A stretch of 64,000 bases of DNA, from the NCBI GenBank assembly GCA_002633005.1, contig NMRA01000012.1, positions 886,564 to 950,563 on the forward strand, written 5' to 3'. Made by a program: the position numbers and the translations under genes. Numbering within the stretch: the stretch's first letter is position 1; the number at the start of each line of letters is the position of its first letter. This document shows positions 1 through 14,593 of the stretch, piece by piece. This DNA is from Phoronis australis. Its lineage: Eukaryota > Animalia > Phoronida. Below the pieces are notes generated by a model. That model saw only the letters and a program-made list of their open reading frames with translations. It was not told the DNA's origin and ran no database searches.

Positions 1-639
1 GACTAATTCAGTGCCACTGAGATTTCCCTAAGCCCAAAACTGATGAAGTACACTACGGATAAACTGAGACCAGTTTTACAACCCGCTCAAGTGATTTAAA
101 TGCGCCCCGAAAAGCTGAGACTGAATCAAGATCTGTGACCAGTGTTCATGGGTGGATCCAGGATTTTGAGTCGGGGGGGGGGGNNNNNNNNNNNNNNNNN
201 NNNNNNNNNNNNNNNNNNNNNNNNNNNNNNNNNNNNNNNNNNNNNNNNNNNNNNNNNNNNNNNNNNNNNNNNNNNNNNNNNNNNNNNNNNNNNNNNNNNN
301 NNNNNNNNNNNNNNNNNNNNNNNNNNNNNNNNNNNNNNNNNNNNNNNNNNNNNNNNNTATGTCTATACAAAGAATGACCAAGGGGGCACCCACATTGACA
401 AAGTGACCGCATTCGCGAACAGTGTACAGTACCAGAAATTGCGGGGAGGCTGTATTTTCATAGCAAAAGTCTTGCGGTACTCGTGCACTGTTCAATAGGC
501 CTCCTAAGGAGTCCTAGTTCCGACCTCAACACATACCATCTTTCTACCTGCAATAAGCACCACTGCCGTCTTCTATACTGGGAATTTCCGCAGAAAGGCC
601 CACCCGATGAAACGCTCATGCCCATGGGCATTTATTTGA

Positions 640-1025
640 TGTTAGTACTTCGGGTTTCAAGCGTTCAGACACTGGGGCGATTATTCCGAAATTGCAAGAG
701 ATGCAAATAGGTCCTGGGATACATCGTCTAGGTTTGAAGTAGTTCATGATGAACTTACGGATCAAATTTAGTTGCGCATGGAAGTCTTTTGAATGGACTT
801 GGCAACCTCAGGGGGCTTAGTGCCAATTGAGCTGCGAAACGAGATGCTGACATTGTAGAGGCTTACAAGCTCATTGACACAGCAGTTGACGAAGTGCAAG
901 CGTTGGGAACAAACATCGAAGATGTCTGGGTAGAATGGTTCCAAGACAAGCAAACCATTGGATCCGATATACAGATTCCTCGGCAGTCAAGACAAGGACT
1001 AACGTTCCTGGAGAAACACCCACGT
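640..1025 (+). pseudogene. degraded hAT-family transposase fragment
   Basis: Manual translation with frameshifts and stops gives ...WDTSSR...LRGLSAN*AAKRDADIVEAYKLIDTAVDEVQALGTNIEDVWVEWFQD...IQIPRQ..RTNVPGETP. This resembles the 'LKGLSxKLQ..DIV.AY..I...R.N.P..TP' region of ZMYM1/P52rIPK-like hAT transposases, recognised from memory. Confidence 0.55.
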
Positions 1026-1485
1026 AATAAGTTATAATTTTACACATTTTGTACATAATGTCGGTTTTTTATGCTTGTGTACAATGAAAACGAAATAAGA
1101 AATTATTTTTGGTCATGCCAAATTTACCCAGTACAGCAGAGGGTCTACGAGCGCACAGAAACTGATTCTGGTTTGTATTTCCACTTGACTCTATCTGCTT
1201 CATATCCAAAATCTATTTCACGTAGTGCGTAGTTAAATTTGTACTCTGTCTCAATACTTGTTTCTTCCAGTGAGTACAACAGAACGGTGCGAAAACCCTT
1301 CCTAGACAACCTCTCGCAGCAGTTGACGACCAGATGTATAAAATACACGTATGAGCAACCACTGGGCATTAAAAAGTGTCTAGAGAAAAGTTTCCAATTC
1401 AAAATTTTTTGCATAGTACACGTTAGGTCTCGCGACGGACCAGGCCAGCTTGATTTGTGTAGATATTGAGTTTCAGTGTACTTCT

Positions 1486-1887
1486 GGGCCCGGTCTGTAA
1501 TCTTTGTACTCGAAACGAACTCGAAACTATTTTTGGCAATTTCTCTGCTCATTTTGTGTGAACTTAAGATAATTGGTTATCAGAATGTGCTCGAATACAT
1601 TATAGTTTATGCATAGGAGTTTCTAGTTCAAGTTTGCCCTTGAAGACCCTTATATTCGTGCTACAAACTCGAGTAAAAATTCGAAATTTCGAGTTCAAAC
1701 TCGAACTTATTGCTTTAATATTGGGTTTACAAACTGTGAACTAAGGGCAATAAATTATCTACGTAAGTTATTGTGTATTCGAGCATAGAATAATAGACAA
1801 TTATCTTGATTTCGCCCAAAAGTAGAGTAGAAAATGCCAAACCAAATTTTGAGTTCCATTTCGAGTAAAAATATTGGAGACCGGTCC
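1486..1887. mobile_element. putative MITE with GGCCCGGTCT(C/G)(C/T)AAT-type terminal inverted repeats
   Basis: GGCCCGGTCTGTAAT at about 1487 and ATTGGAGACCGGTCC at about 1872-1886 are imperfect inverted repeats. The interior is rich in ACTCGA/TCGAGT motifs, and a similar end (GGCCCGGTCTCCAAT followed by TACTC repeats) occurs at about 62602. Confidence 0.4.
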
Positions 1888-4800
1888 CTGGTCCCTGGGT
1901 GAACTAGTCTTGTGATGTTTTTTTTTTTACCAAAGTTTGATTTGTAAACTTATTTATCTCAGCCAGTACTTTCGTCCCGCGAGAGACCGACTACTTTTAT
2001 TGGTATAATAAGCACAGGTGTACTTTTGGTATCGTGACGGACCAGGCCAGCCTTTTTGTGTACTCTCAGTGTACATGTGGTCCCTCTGTGAACTGGTCCT
2101 GTATATCTTTTCACCACGATGTACAGAATGTTTTGGTTTCGTGAAACTGTTTTCAGATGATTTGTTTCCTGAAACATTTGACGTTTTTCAATTGTTGTCA
2201 ACGTGATTCATCTTAGTAAAGTGATACTTAATTGTTTATTGTCGCTATTAATGATAAACTATGAGCTGAGAGCACCATCGTTCGCCAGTTTTTCTCGTAA
2301 CGAGACAGAACACATGTTTATTTCCGGACTAACAGTACAGGTCTTCGTTCTTAAACAACTTGAGGCTGCTGTTACGCGATCTTCTGATATTCAATTTTTT
2401 ACGCCCCGTCGGTGTTCCTTATGCTCTTGAATATTTGGTAGTTGTCTAAACCCCCCCACACACCACACTTTTTCATATACGACTTTTCGTTTGCTAAAAA
2501 GGTGTGTGTAAGCAGATGTTTCAACAAAATTTTTTGCTGGTGGCGTGACTCATACCCAGACGTGCACAAATATGTTTTCGCGAAGGCTTATGAGCCACGC
2601 TCATGTGACGAAATCGAGAAGGGTTTTAAATTATCTTAAGAAAAACTCAAGAGACATGTTAAGTGCCAGAAACTTACCTGGATGCATGGAAATTTCACTA
2701 TTTGGCTACAAAAACACAAAAATTGTCTTACACGGGAGGGGGAAATCCCCCTCCCGACCTCCCCACGCTCGGCGCCACGGCGCCTCGGATTCCACAGTTG
2801 CGGGAATCCTTACTGAAAACGTAGATTTTCTACTGAAACTATCTTGGTATGTATACGGCATTCATGATTTGAACTTATATGTACATGTATGTGTCATGAC
2901 ATCAACATTTCAAATTGACTCTAGCAGTTTTTCTCCCATTCTGAGAGAAATATTTCAATATTAATTGGCAGCTGCTGTGTGCTTTCAACTAACACTGTTG
3001 CTTTAAATTGGATCCCTTTCATTAAATAGGGAGATGGAAGAAAAGGTGTACTTTAAATCAAAACAAATTGTTCTGTTCTGTGAGCGATATTGTGAGCAGT
3101 GGGCATGGTGATCAAAATTCGCGTTGGTCATGTCGATTATGGACTCAAGTTACGCAAGAACGTATTTTTCATGTTCCACTGGTATATGTACACCTTAGTG
3201 TTCATGACCTCATCATTGATAGACCAATGGCGGAGAACCAGATGTCAATTATGTTCACCAAAAACTGACCTAATGATGGGGTGAGTTGTCACAAGTGGGG
3301 TAAGTTCAGTGCACTAGTAGTTCAGTTAGTAGCGTCCACATAGCCCTTAAACCTAGCTGCTCACGCAACTCGTACCCGGAGTAACTTGTTCTTGGGTAAG
3401 TCTGTGCGTGGACAGTACTCAGTGTCGGATTTAGGGGGGGGGGGGGCAAGGGGGCNGACCCGGCCCCTAAAATTCACCCAGATACCATTTGGCAGTTCGG
3501 GGTAAGAATTGCTGACTAGCATATGCGCACACCCAAGGGGGTTCGGGAAGCGAATGCACAATGCATAGGCCTTGAACAAACCCCGTGTACCGTTTTTTTT
3601 AGTAACAAGGTCTCAAACCAAAAAATTCGAGACCCCTGCATCCCTACAGTTTAGGCTGGGCGCGCGCAGTTCTGGTTATCCCTGTGTCCTGGCCCCCACC
3701 CCAACTCAAAATCCTGGATCCGCCCCTGGGTTTAATTTTTTGTATACCTTCACAGACAAATCAGATCGTTGCTTAGTACCGTAAAGGCAAATCAGAGACC
3801 AAATCGTTTTCGAGTTGATCATCAGTCTGTATTTGCTAAAGGTCTGAGGCTAGATGCAAGACAACCGGTCCATTGTCTTTCTTTCCAGCCGCCATCAGCA
3901 TCCGAACTACTTGAAAACGAGGCCAAAGTGACCAACGAAGAACCAAACTGACCAATGGAGGGATGGACTCATCAACTCAAATATGGAACTATTATTGAAG
4001 AAGTTCACCCAAAGCCACTCTGGCCACATGAGTACGCTGCAAAGGAACGTAAGACCAAAGACCGCATCGATTAGTCTTTGCATAGGACTATAGATTAGAA
4101 TGCCAAGTTCATATTCGCCCGGCTATGGTTGTGCCACCCATGCGTTGGATTCTTTGCATTCGTCTGTTCCGGTGTTGTTTCTTGCTATGGAACATAAGGT
4201 TTAGGGTAGAATGTTAGTACAGTACAAACGAAGTAAGTTTACAACTGTTATCACCGAAAACTTCCTCACAAAAAATTTCATTTTCACTTTGGAATATTGT
4301 ACTATCTAATGGCTCCAAACATTGTCAAACAGATATGGTCACCTCTTTGCAAGCCGGGCGTGGGTACAACTGCTGTCTAGCTAGTAGACGTGCAAAGACA
4401 TCTAGACGTATTACAATGATTTCTAAATTTTACAAATTTCTTAATATACACCCAGTTGACAAAGTACCAACTAAGCTCTAATACGATATAAAATAATGTA
4501 CTTAGGGCAAATAATATAACAAATACATATTTTAAAACTACATAATAGGTTGATAAGAAAAATGTCTCCATCTTTACCGTCATTAAGCCTTTCGCACTTC
4601 CGCCGTTTATTCACCCAAGCTGCATTAGAGTTAGAATGTTATTAGAATGTCCTTATTCAGCTCTTGATGGTGTATAATTGTATCATAAGCAAAAGGTAAA
4701 TATTTAACAAATAATTATCATTTTGCATACGTGGTAGGTTTAATCCTTTTTTAATTCTAGAAAGCAAATGTGTTACCAAAATGGCAAAAATTACGTAGTG

Positions 4801-7800
4801 TAATAATGAAACCCTTCATCTACTAATTGATTGATTAGTTCTAACTAGTCAACTAATTAAGTGTAATGTCAATTGATTTAGGGCGTAATAGTAACATAAG
4901 AAGAAAATGAACCACATAAATTATGTAAATGACTAATTAATCCAGCAGAAAAATAGTTTCAATGATTCAAAAGATTGCTGCCTTATGAGGACAAGGATTT
5001 TAGACCATGGATCCCTCACAGTTGCTGTGAAGATGAATTTAGTCAGGCATTCTTCCAAAACTACACATCTTTATACATTTATTGGACCTTTGATACCGTT
5101 TGATACAATTATATTGATCATTAAAAACTCAGGATGCAGTGACATTTACATTTAAACTACTCCAACTACCTAATGACCGAAATTAGCAGATACGGTTTTT
5201 TGATAGATAAAATTGGCGAACACCTCTTGTGTAGCTTTGAACTATACTCATCACTACATTGGTTACAATGGAGGACTTTATGTGGAAATCAACTCTTTCT
5301 TCAGAAAGTAAAATTAGTGATAGTGATAAATGTGTATTACACATTTTTTAAGATTACTATATTAAGAATGTGGACTCTGGAAAATAACACTATTCATAAC
5401 ACAGAGGCAATGTTATTTTGAACAATTTGCTGAAATGTTCGACGCCCTAACAAGCAAAAAGTTTTAACGTCCCGACAGCGTTTTTTGTCGAACGGGAGAT
5501 GTAACACCCAAAAGCACTCGGAGGCATTTTTTGTGTTTTGAGTCGAGGGGAAAATATCGGGTGACGAAAAACCCATGAAATGTGCCGTTTTTTCTTTTTA
5601 GACGAAAGGAAAATAGGGCTATGTCGTGTGGGAAATCGCAATAGTGATGTCAATTTTGTGGTGTGTCAAAAAGCGGAACCGGCCCGGCTTTGATGATGTG
5701 GCGAGTGTCAGGATATTTTCAAAAATGGGGCAGTCCATCAAGAGCGGGGCAATTGGCAAGTGCAATATGCACTATCAGTAACACGAACTATTGGATTGGA
5801 TTAGTTTACAAGGTAAACTTTTCATTTTTCAAATTTTATTTCACGGGTGTAGGTAAATACTACACTGAGATAAGTGTATCCATAAATACTATAGATTGCA
5901 TTACTGCTGAGAAATCGAATTACCATTATATCTGGGCAACAGGTTGCGAAACATTGCACAAAGAATTAGAAAAAAAACAATAAAGTATTCATGCATATAA
6001 ACACACTTTAGTAGCTACGCAACTAAATACGCCTGTTATACCAAGACCTAAACTTTCTTTTTTAATTTCAGAACAAACACTCAAAAACCAAATGTCACTT
6101 CTTTCCGTAATGATAGTGTAACATAATTTACTATTCAGAAATGTCTGGTTGAGAATCTCCTAACAGTTGCTTGACTAGAACTAAAAAGACATCAGAGGCC
6201 AAACTCGTTCCCGGAGTGCAGCTAGTGCCACAAGTCGGTGCATGTAAACAATGACCCGTGTTAACTAAGTTTGCCGAGAAATCGCTGGTTGTCTGTAACC
6301 GTACCTCAAGATTATCACTTGGTGATTCCATTATGAATAAAAATGACAGCATCAAAATGAGGGCTTCATTTGTCAACTCAACAATCGATCAAAACTCAGT
6401 CGAGCAGACGCAAGCTCTAACTAACACCAAAACGCCAGAGTTGGCATTCTAGTTCTACGGTTCTATGGTTTTGGTAAGACCATATTGACGTAAATTTAAT
6501 ACTAGAGCACTATGACTTAGACACGGGGATACTGTACGTGAATTTGGAATCCTGCTCTCAAGATCACCTATGCGTGAACTTGGAACTGAATATTATTTAA
6601 GGCAAAAAGGTGAATTTTTTGTTCGGTGAAAAGAATTTTTGTAATTATTGGCCTCGTGATCAACCATTTTCTCCTTTACCGTAACTTGTGTCGCTGAACC
6701 TGAGGAATGTGTGAATGGTTCAGTAAATCGGGTGAAACTGATCGCCCGTAGTTGAAAAGGTTGGTTAAAATTGACATTATTTTATTCAAATGTAACTTGA
6801 TTTAGTGCAGTGCAAATTTTTATGAACACGAACGTGATTATTTGAGTAAACTTGTCAAATTGCCTCGCGTATTCCAAGTTCACGCAACACTCACTTCTCA
6901 CAAAGAACAGCTCTTTCGTGGCAGAGCCATGAGATTTTTTAAAATAGACAGCACATATCGTAACCGTGAACGAGGTCACGCTGGTCAAATGCAAGCATGA
7001 GTTAGACCTTGGTTAGACGTCGCGGCCACTCAGTGTTGTGCTGATGCGGATTATGTAAGTCTATCCGGCCCTGGTAAGTTATGTTGTCACAATGGCTGAC
7101 CGTTTTAAAACGATTACAGTACCGGGTTGTTCCACTAAGAGGAATTTGGGACTATAGAAGTTACGAGTATGACCTTTGAATCAAACTTTAGTAAGTTGTT
7201 GACTCGCCTTGCTGCCAGGTTCATGAAATCTGTTGGACGAGACTACTCCGCGTACGTGCTGGCTATATAATTGGCCAGCTTGTCTACTTCTTCTCACGAA
7301 TTATTATTTTCCACGGCAGATCAATGACAGATTTTTCTGGTTAGTCTCGACTCCCGGCCATATTGGCATTGTGTTTTCACCTAGCTGAGAAGCATACGTA
7401 AGCCTGCTCGTGGACTCTGAGAAAAACGAATAATGTAATTATATCATCCTAGAACGGCGCGATGCGGTGACTGACTTATGTTTGGAAAACCTGACGTCTG
7501 ATAGCGCCAATTTCTCCTAAAGGCCGGTTTGTGATTCATTGGAAAGTTTCACGCGTGGGATACGAACCCAGTGTAAATCGTTTTTATGGACTCCGTCAGG
7601 AGGAACTTGCCTGATTATCTGTTTGTGTGGTACCTAGATTTGTTATTTATTCGATGTAAACGTTTTCTTGCATTGCCGTATCGGTCCGATCGCAAGCGTG
7701 AGTCGGGTATACGTATCTTCAACTATACGTTGCCTTCCTTCAGTTAAACCAGCTTATGATCCAGGCCACACTTGCTACAAACTCACCTAACCTAAGCTGT

Positions 7801-8166
7801 TCCTTACGAGGATCAGTTAGTGTTTCTGAACATGCACTGGAGTGTTCTGCAATGTCTGGTGTCTGTTGAGACCTTCATGCACGCATAAACTGATCCGCCA
7901 GTACAATCAACTGAGCCTGAATCAATGACTAATTCAGTGCCACTGAGATTTCCCTAAGCCCAAAACTGATGAAGTACACTACGGATAAACTGAGACCAGT
8001 TTTACAACCCGCTCAAGTGATTTAAATGCGCCCCGAAAAGCTGAGACTGAATCAAGATCTGTGACCAGTGTTCATGGGTGGATCCAGGATTTTGAGTCGG
8101 GGGGGGGGGNNNNNNNNNNNNNNNNNNNNNNNNNNNNNNNNNNNNNNNNNNNNNNNNNNNNNNNNN

Positions 8167-8337
8167 GGACAGGCATGCTGGTGAACAAGAGGGACGTGGG
8201 ACAGGCATGGTGGTGAACAGGAGGGACGTGGGACAAGCATGGTGGTGAACAGGAGGGACGTGGGACAGGCATGGCGGTGAACAGGAGGGACGTGGGGCAG
8301 GCATGGTGGTGAACAGGAGTGACGTGGGACAGGCATG
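8167..8337. repeat. 32-bp minisatellite
   Basis: About 5.3 copies of GGACAGGCATGGTGGTGAACAGGAGGGACGTG next to an N gap; the true array may be longer. Confidence 0.9.
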
Positions 8338-10424
8338 AGCAAATATAATAATATCACAAATAAACAGTGGATGTTATTGTTTTACAACTTTGATCAAAAC
8401 TAACAAATTTTAAAGACATCCAATCCTGCAGTAATCCTCAAAAAGTGTTTTCAGCCATTACAATATAAACCATGGAACCAGAACACGGCTCAAAACTAAT
8501 TGCATACATTAGATTTCATAATTCAATAAAACCAATGCTCCATGGAAGTAGACATAATTACCAAAGAGCCCCCCGATGTAGGGCCCAATATGCGTTAAAA
8601 AGAAATTTAGTTAATACGTGCAATTTTCACATGAGTGGTTCCTGATCCTACCGTCTGATTATCATTCTCTGCTCAATTTGTACTTCGAAAATAGCAGGTG
8701 CCCCATTGAACTACCGTACAGGACCCATGTTAATTAACGGCCCTTCTGCCTGCCCTCCATGACTTAACTCGTAACTAATCATCGCTCGCTTGAGCATCAT
8801 GACGTTACAAACCCTGCTTACTTTTCCCCACGTGCCTTGTGCAGCTCTTCAAAAAAGTAAGGACAAAACACAAAAACAAGACACTTTGGTACAAAGTGAT
8901 GCTATGGAATTTTTTCTTTTATTTTAGTTAGTGTACTATGATATTGTGTGAACGTAGTTTCTGCTTTTCTGTGTTCGAGTAATCTACAGCTTATATGGAT
9001 GGTGGCGTTGTCTTGGGCTTTCACTTAATGAACTCTGACTTTGGAAGTATTACTTGAAATTTCTTCTTCTACTCTAGGGGTGATCAATTGTGAATGTGTA
9101 CTAGACACCCGTCAGTATAAACCATAACATAATCGAGCAGAGAAAAACAAACACTTATCTTGAGTTCACGCAAAATTAGAACTGAAAATTTCAAAAATAA
9201 TTCCAAGTTCGAGTTCAAAGATTTGACTCCAAGACGAGGAATCTGTTTCAAGACTTAAGATTTTTAAGAACAGGAATTTAGTCTTGCGTTACCATTTCAC
9301 AATCGCGGAAAAAATATCGAGCCAAATAATTTTGAGTGCATTGCAGTTAAAAATAATTTAAATAAATTATCCCAAAAAACTACCATTTGTACACATAATT
9401 TCGCAGAGTCTTTGAACTTTTGCACATTCGAAGGGGTCTTATTTCGTCGGTAATTTTGTTCTCACTTCACTGTTGCATCGAAGCACAAAAAGAAGTCCAA
9501 GAGAGATTCCTAGAAATGGTAGATTGCAAGAAATGGTTAAGTTGAAGCTGCAGTGATTCTTATATCGTTGGGGAAGAATGATGTACCACTTACAGGAGAT
9601 TGTTGTGGTCTGGGTTACGATAACGGCAGAAAAGTGAGTGGTGCGTGTAAAGACAGCCACATCCTCACCCTGTGCTTGTCGCAGTATTAACACGAGTCCA
9701 TGCTGCTGAAAGTTGTTTACATGGTATCGCATTTTTTGCGGCCACATATTTATGTTTGAGCGCATTGTGTCGTCATCCCTATCCGTCAGGCGTCCGCTGC
9801 TCTATCCCCAAAACCCTTCCAATTGATGAATGTTGGCATGGAATTTTGCATGTGTTCCTTTCACGGGTGGACGGCATGAGCAAACTTTCGGACGGATCCG
9901 ACTACCGGTCCCCCCAGTGACAGTTTCATTTTTTGTATTTACCTCTGTATCTTTGACAGTCCTCAACAGATTTTCATAAAATGTGGCAGATAGGCTTCTA
10001 TTTGTGAGATGACGCTACCATTTCGTTTTCCTATTTCTTCGAGATATTTTGCGCCAGTACCTTGTGGCTATTTTTTACTGTTTTCGAGTCTGGTTTTCCG
10101 CGTCCGTCCCTCTTCCAACCCCACTTTAAGGATGATTGTGAAGATTGGCATAATATGTTCCTACTTTGAAGAAGACGGCTGACTGATTTTCCGGCGTTTT
10201 CGACTACTGTAGCGCTTCCTAGTGGCAGTTTTTGCGCCCATGGGTGTACCTCCTAAACCGTCTGCAGGATCTTTTGTTACATTTAGCAAGTGTATTTATA
10301 TGAAGTTGCCAACGGATGACTACGACTTTCTCACGGATCTGACGAACGCTGTGTCTCCTAGTGGCAATTTTTTCGTTGTCCTCTGTATCGTTAAAATTTC
10401 ATGTCAGATTTTTATGAAACTTAA

Positions 10425-12173
10425 AGGAGAATGCCACCCGATTTAATATTTCTTTTTACCCTCTTAATCTGTCTACATGTACATCCACATCACCGCGTAT
10501 ATGGTCGATCTTGCCTCGCCGAGAGGTGTCGCGTTAACTTGTGAGGAAGGTGAGAAACGACGCAGCGACGTCAGTGATTCTTTTGCAGAATGAGTGCCGC
10601 TATGGTGTGGTGTATCGTTCCCGCTTATGCGAACTATAAAGCTACGAGGAAAGCGGGTATATCGTTTTTTCGATTTCCTCGAGAGCCCATAATATGTCGG
10701 AAGTGGCTCGCGGTAGTGAAGAATGAAAAGTACGCCGTTAATACCATGTATGAGGCAGTGAAACTTCTCCGTGTCTGTCAATGGCCTGCATTTCGTCGGA
10801 TCGGTTGTTGATCAGTTTTTGATTTTGGGGACTTATAGTTGGCCATGAAAACATAAACAATTACAAGGCGTGAGAACGTAACGTTTTATATATTATTAAC
10901 CTGTTTGATGACTGACTCGTTCGTGAGGCTTCTGTTTGGACCTCTGGGTTTAGGATGTTTTCGCCAGTTGTTTTTCTCAGCCCTAAAAAACGTCGGAAGC
11001 ACACCTCTGTTAAGATGTGGTGCCAAAATCAGGGTGGTCCGTGAGACACATCTACACTTCTCTTCACTTGCGGTTAGAACTGATAGACTGTGAAACCTAA
11101 CGATCGATCATTGAAGTCTTCCTCGGCTAAGTCGGGATTGCGAGTGGCCACGTTGACGTTCATTATTATGTCTGCGATCTGTTTCAAAATGAATTATTCT
11201 CACCCTAACCAATGCTTAAAACTGAAACAAAGTCTGTCTCATTAGATACACTTTGTAATGCCTTTGAGTGTTCTTGAGTGCAAATGTTTTGAGAAGCCAG
11301 CACTGAATAAATCACTGCGTTACCGGCTTTAGATGTCATAAACTAATCGACCGGGCACCGAAGCCGTGTGAGCGCATGCTAATTTAGTGTTGGCTAACAG
11401 AAAGCTGTTGTGAAACAATAACTCGACTTGATATCCTGCGGTCAGATGTTAGGGGAATCTCTAATTAGATATTCATATACATTATTCGAATCATTGTAAT
11501 ACTGTACAACTTTTGCCCTAACGGTTCTGTGGAAGGGTAACCTGACTTCGCGGCCCCCGACGAGCCACTGAGTAGATTTGTAGTTTCGCGGCTAATTCAC
11601 CAAAATAGCCACAAGCAAATTTTTTCTTTGGCTCACTTAATAGTGTTTTCGTGACTGGAAATTTAGTTTCCAACTTTGGCTGGTTTATGTTCGTGATGTA
11701 TTCAGTCTGGCCGCGATGGACCTGATCGATTTATTCCGAGCCACTGCTGTATTTCACGGACAAATAATTTGAATTTATCACCCAACAGACCCCAAACTCC
11801 CGCGACCGACGCGACCTTGGTAAATTGGCCTACCGAACTTTGTAGGCTGCGGTACGTTCAAATACCTAAAAATCTGTAACAGCGAAATAAAATAACACGT
11901 TTACTCCAGAACTCTAAATATTTGTAAGGATTTTACATCGGAATTTGATGATTTATTGGTGTGAAACGATAAATTCAAGTGATAAGCTGACACCAGTATG
12001 CGTGTCGTGAACTGCTGAACAGACTGCATTTGAACCCCTGACGTCATTGGCTAATTTCAACACCTCCTTCTGCCGTCAGGTGTCAGGTAAAAGAGCTGTA
12101 CTTGCTGTTATCGAGTGGAACTACTCGATCAAAATTGATACAAGCTAGGTTGTCTTTTGGGTGGCATTCTCAT
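10425..12173 (+). mobile_element. non-autonomous Kolobok-like DNA transposon, family A, copy 1
   Basis: TTAA|AGGAGAATGCCACCC ... GGGTGGCATTCTCAT|TTAA. Degenerate THAP domain at 10590-10811 (CIVPAYAN...FFRFPREP...RKWL...RVC). Confidence 0.85.
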
Positions 12174-13580
12174 TTAATAGTTTTCTATTAAAAAGTCGAC
12201 AGATTCCCATTTTTAGGATAGGTTCGACGTATAGCGGCCGTTTTTATTATCATGAAATTTTAGAAATAGCTAGGTTTCCATTAAGTAGACGACGGGCGGA
12301 CTTGGCGTGTTCTGNAATACCTAAAAATGTGTAACAGCGAAATAAAATAACACGTTTACTCCAGAACTCTAAATATTTGTAAGGATTTTACATCGGAATT
12401 TGATGATTTATTGGTGTGAAACGATAAATTCAAGTGATAAGCTGACACCAGTATGCGTGTCGTGAACTGCTGAACAGACTGCATTTGAACCCCTGACGTC
12501 ATTGGCTAATTTCAACACCTCCTTCTGCCGTCAGGTGTCAGGTAAAAGAGCTGTACTTGCTGTTATCGAGTGGAACTACTCGATCAAAATTGATACAAGC
12601 TAGGTTGTCTTTTGGGTGGCATTCTCATTTAATAGTTTTCTATTAAAAAGTCGACAGATTCCCATTTTTAGGATAGGTTCGACGTATAGCGGCCGTTTTT
12701 ATTATCATGAAATTTTAGAAATAGCTAGGTTTCCATTAAGTAGACGACGGGCGGACTTGGCGTGTTCTGCGCCACTCGACGACTATCTTAAAAAGTTTTG
12801 AGTAAGGTTTTGACATCACCGTCTCCATCCGCCAAACCGCTGGAAGTATCATTATTTACTATTTGAAGATGTTTTCCTGATGAGAAAACTGAGGCCGACG
12901 TTGACTTTCGTACGTGTTCAACTACTCCTTTTGGCAATTTTATCTTTTTTACGTTCACAGGCGTATTTCCTTTACCCTTTTCAAGAACTTTCTGTTATTG
13001 AGAAGTTGTGTTGCAACTTTAACAGAACTTCACCTGTCAATTATGCAGTTAGAGAAGATGTTTGGTGTGTTGTGGAGGTTTCCATCCTAGATTTGAAGCA
13101 TCTAGGAGAATTTATGGATCTGCTGCAAGTACAGCGTTTCATGGGCGCACCCCGGAGGGGGGGGGCTCGACGAATTGGGCAAAAAGGTCCGCCTCAGTGA
13201 AAACAAAATACGAGTAAACGACACAAATGTGCACAAAGGACACAGGATGCAGATGCACAATTCGTAGGCCTGAACCTAGTGGTCCCATGTTTTAGTCCTC
13301 GTTGATTTTGTTTAGTAAAAGGTCCCCATACCGAGAAATTCGAGCCCATCTGTAAGGCTGGGTGCGCGCATGCGTTGACGTGTCGTCCTTGAACACTTGA
13401 GGATGATACATGCACACAGTAAGGGAGGTGCACCGGAGGTACGAGATAATGAAAATGAAGAGCGAGAATAAAGAAAAATTGTGTATTTTTTGTTAATTGT
13501 TATAGTCTGTTAGTCTGCAGTAACAGATATTGACATTGTTTATCTGCACATATATGTATGTATGGGGTTATTGTTGTAAT

Positions 13581-13643
13581 GTTGGTGGCGACAGTAGGAG
13601 TGACATTGGTGGCGACAGTAGGAGTGACATTGGTGGCGACAGG
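13581..13643. repeat. 24-bp tandem repeat (VNTR)
   Basis: TTGGTGGCGACAGTAGGAGTGACA about 2.6 times; the duplicate block at about 14400 has one unit fewer. Confidence 0.75.
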
Positions 13644-13799
13644 GGGAGGGAACTTGGTGGAAACCAGTTGTGGTTATGCTAGTTACGGGATTCCCCTACG
13701 CCTAAATTGGGACAAAGTTATGTCAGATACGCCACACATCTATGACCATTACCCCTAACACCATGTGTCTTTACTTGTTTTTCAGTTGGGACAAAGACT

Positions 13800-14207
13800 A
13801 TGAGTAGTCCAGATTGTTGTGTACTATTTGCTCTGGCTGTGATGATACCGTTTGCAGCAAGTGTGCAGCAGCGAAACGTTCTTGTATTCGGTGGCAACGG
13901 GTTGCTGGGGTCGCAGTGTGTCGAGGACCTTCTAACGTCAGGTTACAGCGTAACTATAGCCAACAGGGGGACTTGGTACTGGGACACGGCGGAGACGATC
14001 AAGAATCGAGTGCGACACATCAAGTTCGATAGATACGATAAACCGTCTTCTGAACTTCTCGACTTCGTGAGCAACAATGCATTAGATGCGATTATCGATT
14101 TCAGTGCATATGTTGGAAGAGTAATAACGAACATCGAGGACATGCTAAAGAAAAACCCACCAAAAATTTACGTTTATATCAGTACCGATTCAGTATACGA
14201 AGTAGTA
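13800..14207 (+). other. partial duplicate of the SDR gene 5' end (likely assembly/haplotype duplicate)
   Basis: Near-identical to 14594-15001 and truncated exactly at the single 'n' at 14208. Confidence 0.8.
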
Positions 14208-14593
14208 NGAACACTTGAGGATGATACATGCAGACAGTAAGGGAGGTGCACCGGAGGTACGAGATGATGAAAATGAAGAGTGAGAATAAAACAATTGTGT
14301 GTATTTTTTGTTAGATGTTTTAGTCTGTTAGTCTGCAGTAACAGATGTTGACATTGTTTATCTGCACATATATGTATGTATGGGGTTATTGTTGTAATGG
14401 TGGTGGCGACAGTAGGAGTGACATTGGTGGCGACAGGGGGAGGGAACTTGGTGGAAACCAGTTGTGGTTATGCTAGTTACGGGATTCCCCTACGCCTAAA
14501 TTCGGACAAAGTTATGTCAGATACGCCACACATCTATGACCATTACCCCTAACACCATGTGTCTTTACTTGTTTTTCAGTTGGGACAAAGACT

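Noticed and set aside
6100-7900. Coding-like, moderately GC-rich stretch
   Set aside because: The frames I translated are interrupted by stops and I recognise no domain. It could be an old TE relic but is unsupported without a search.
8167-8337. CRISPR-like array or Pro/His/Cys-rich protein ORFs
   Set aside because: Head-to-tail 32-bp units without unique spacers in a eukaryotic context; the ORFs are translations of the minisatellite.
9439-10400. Short ORFs suggesting a transposase relic
   Set aside because: No identifiable motif or termini.
13360-13440. NRF1-like GCGCATGCG site and a possible non-coding first exon of the SDR
   Set aside because: Short motifs only, with no transcript evidence.
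13800-14240. Second, short SDR gene (146-aa ORF)
   Set aside because: Near-identical to the 5' part of the full gene and ends at the 'n' join at 14208.
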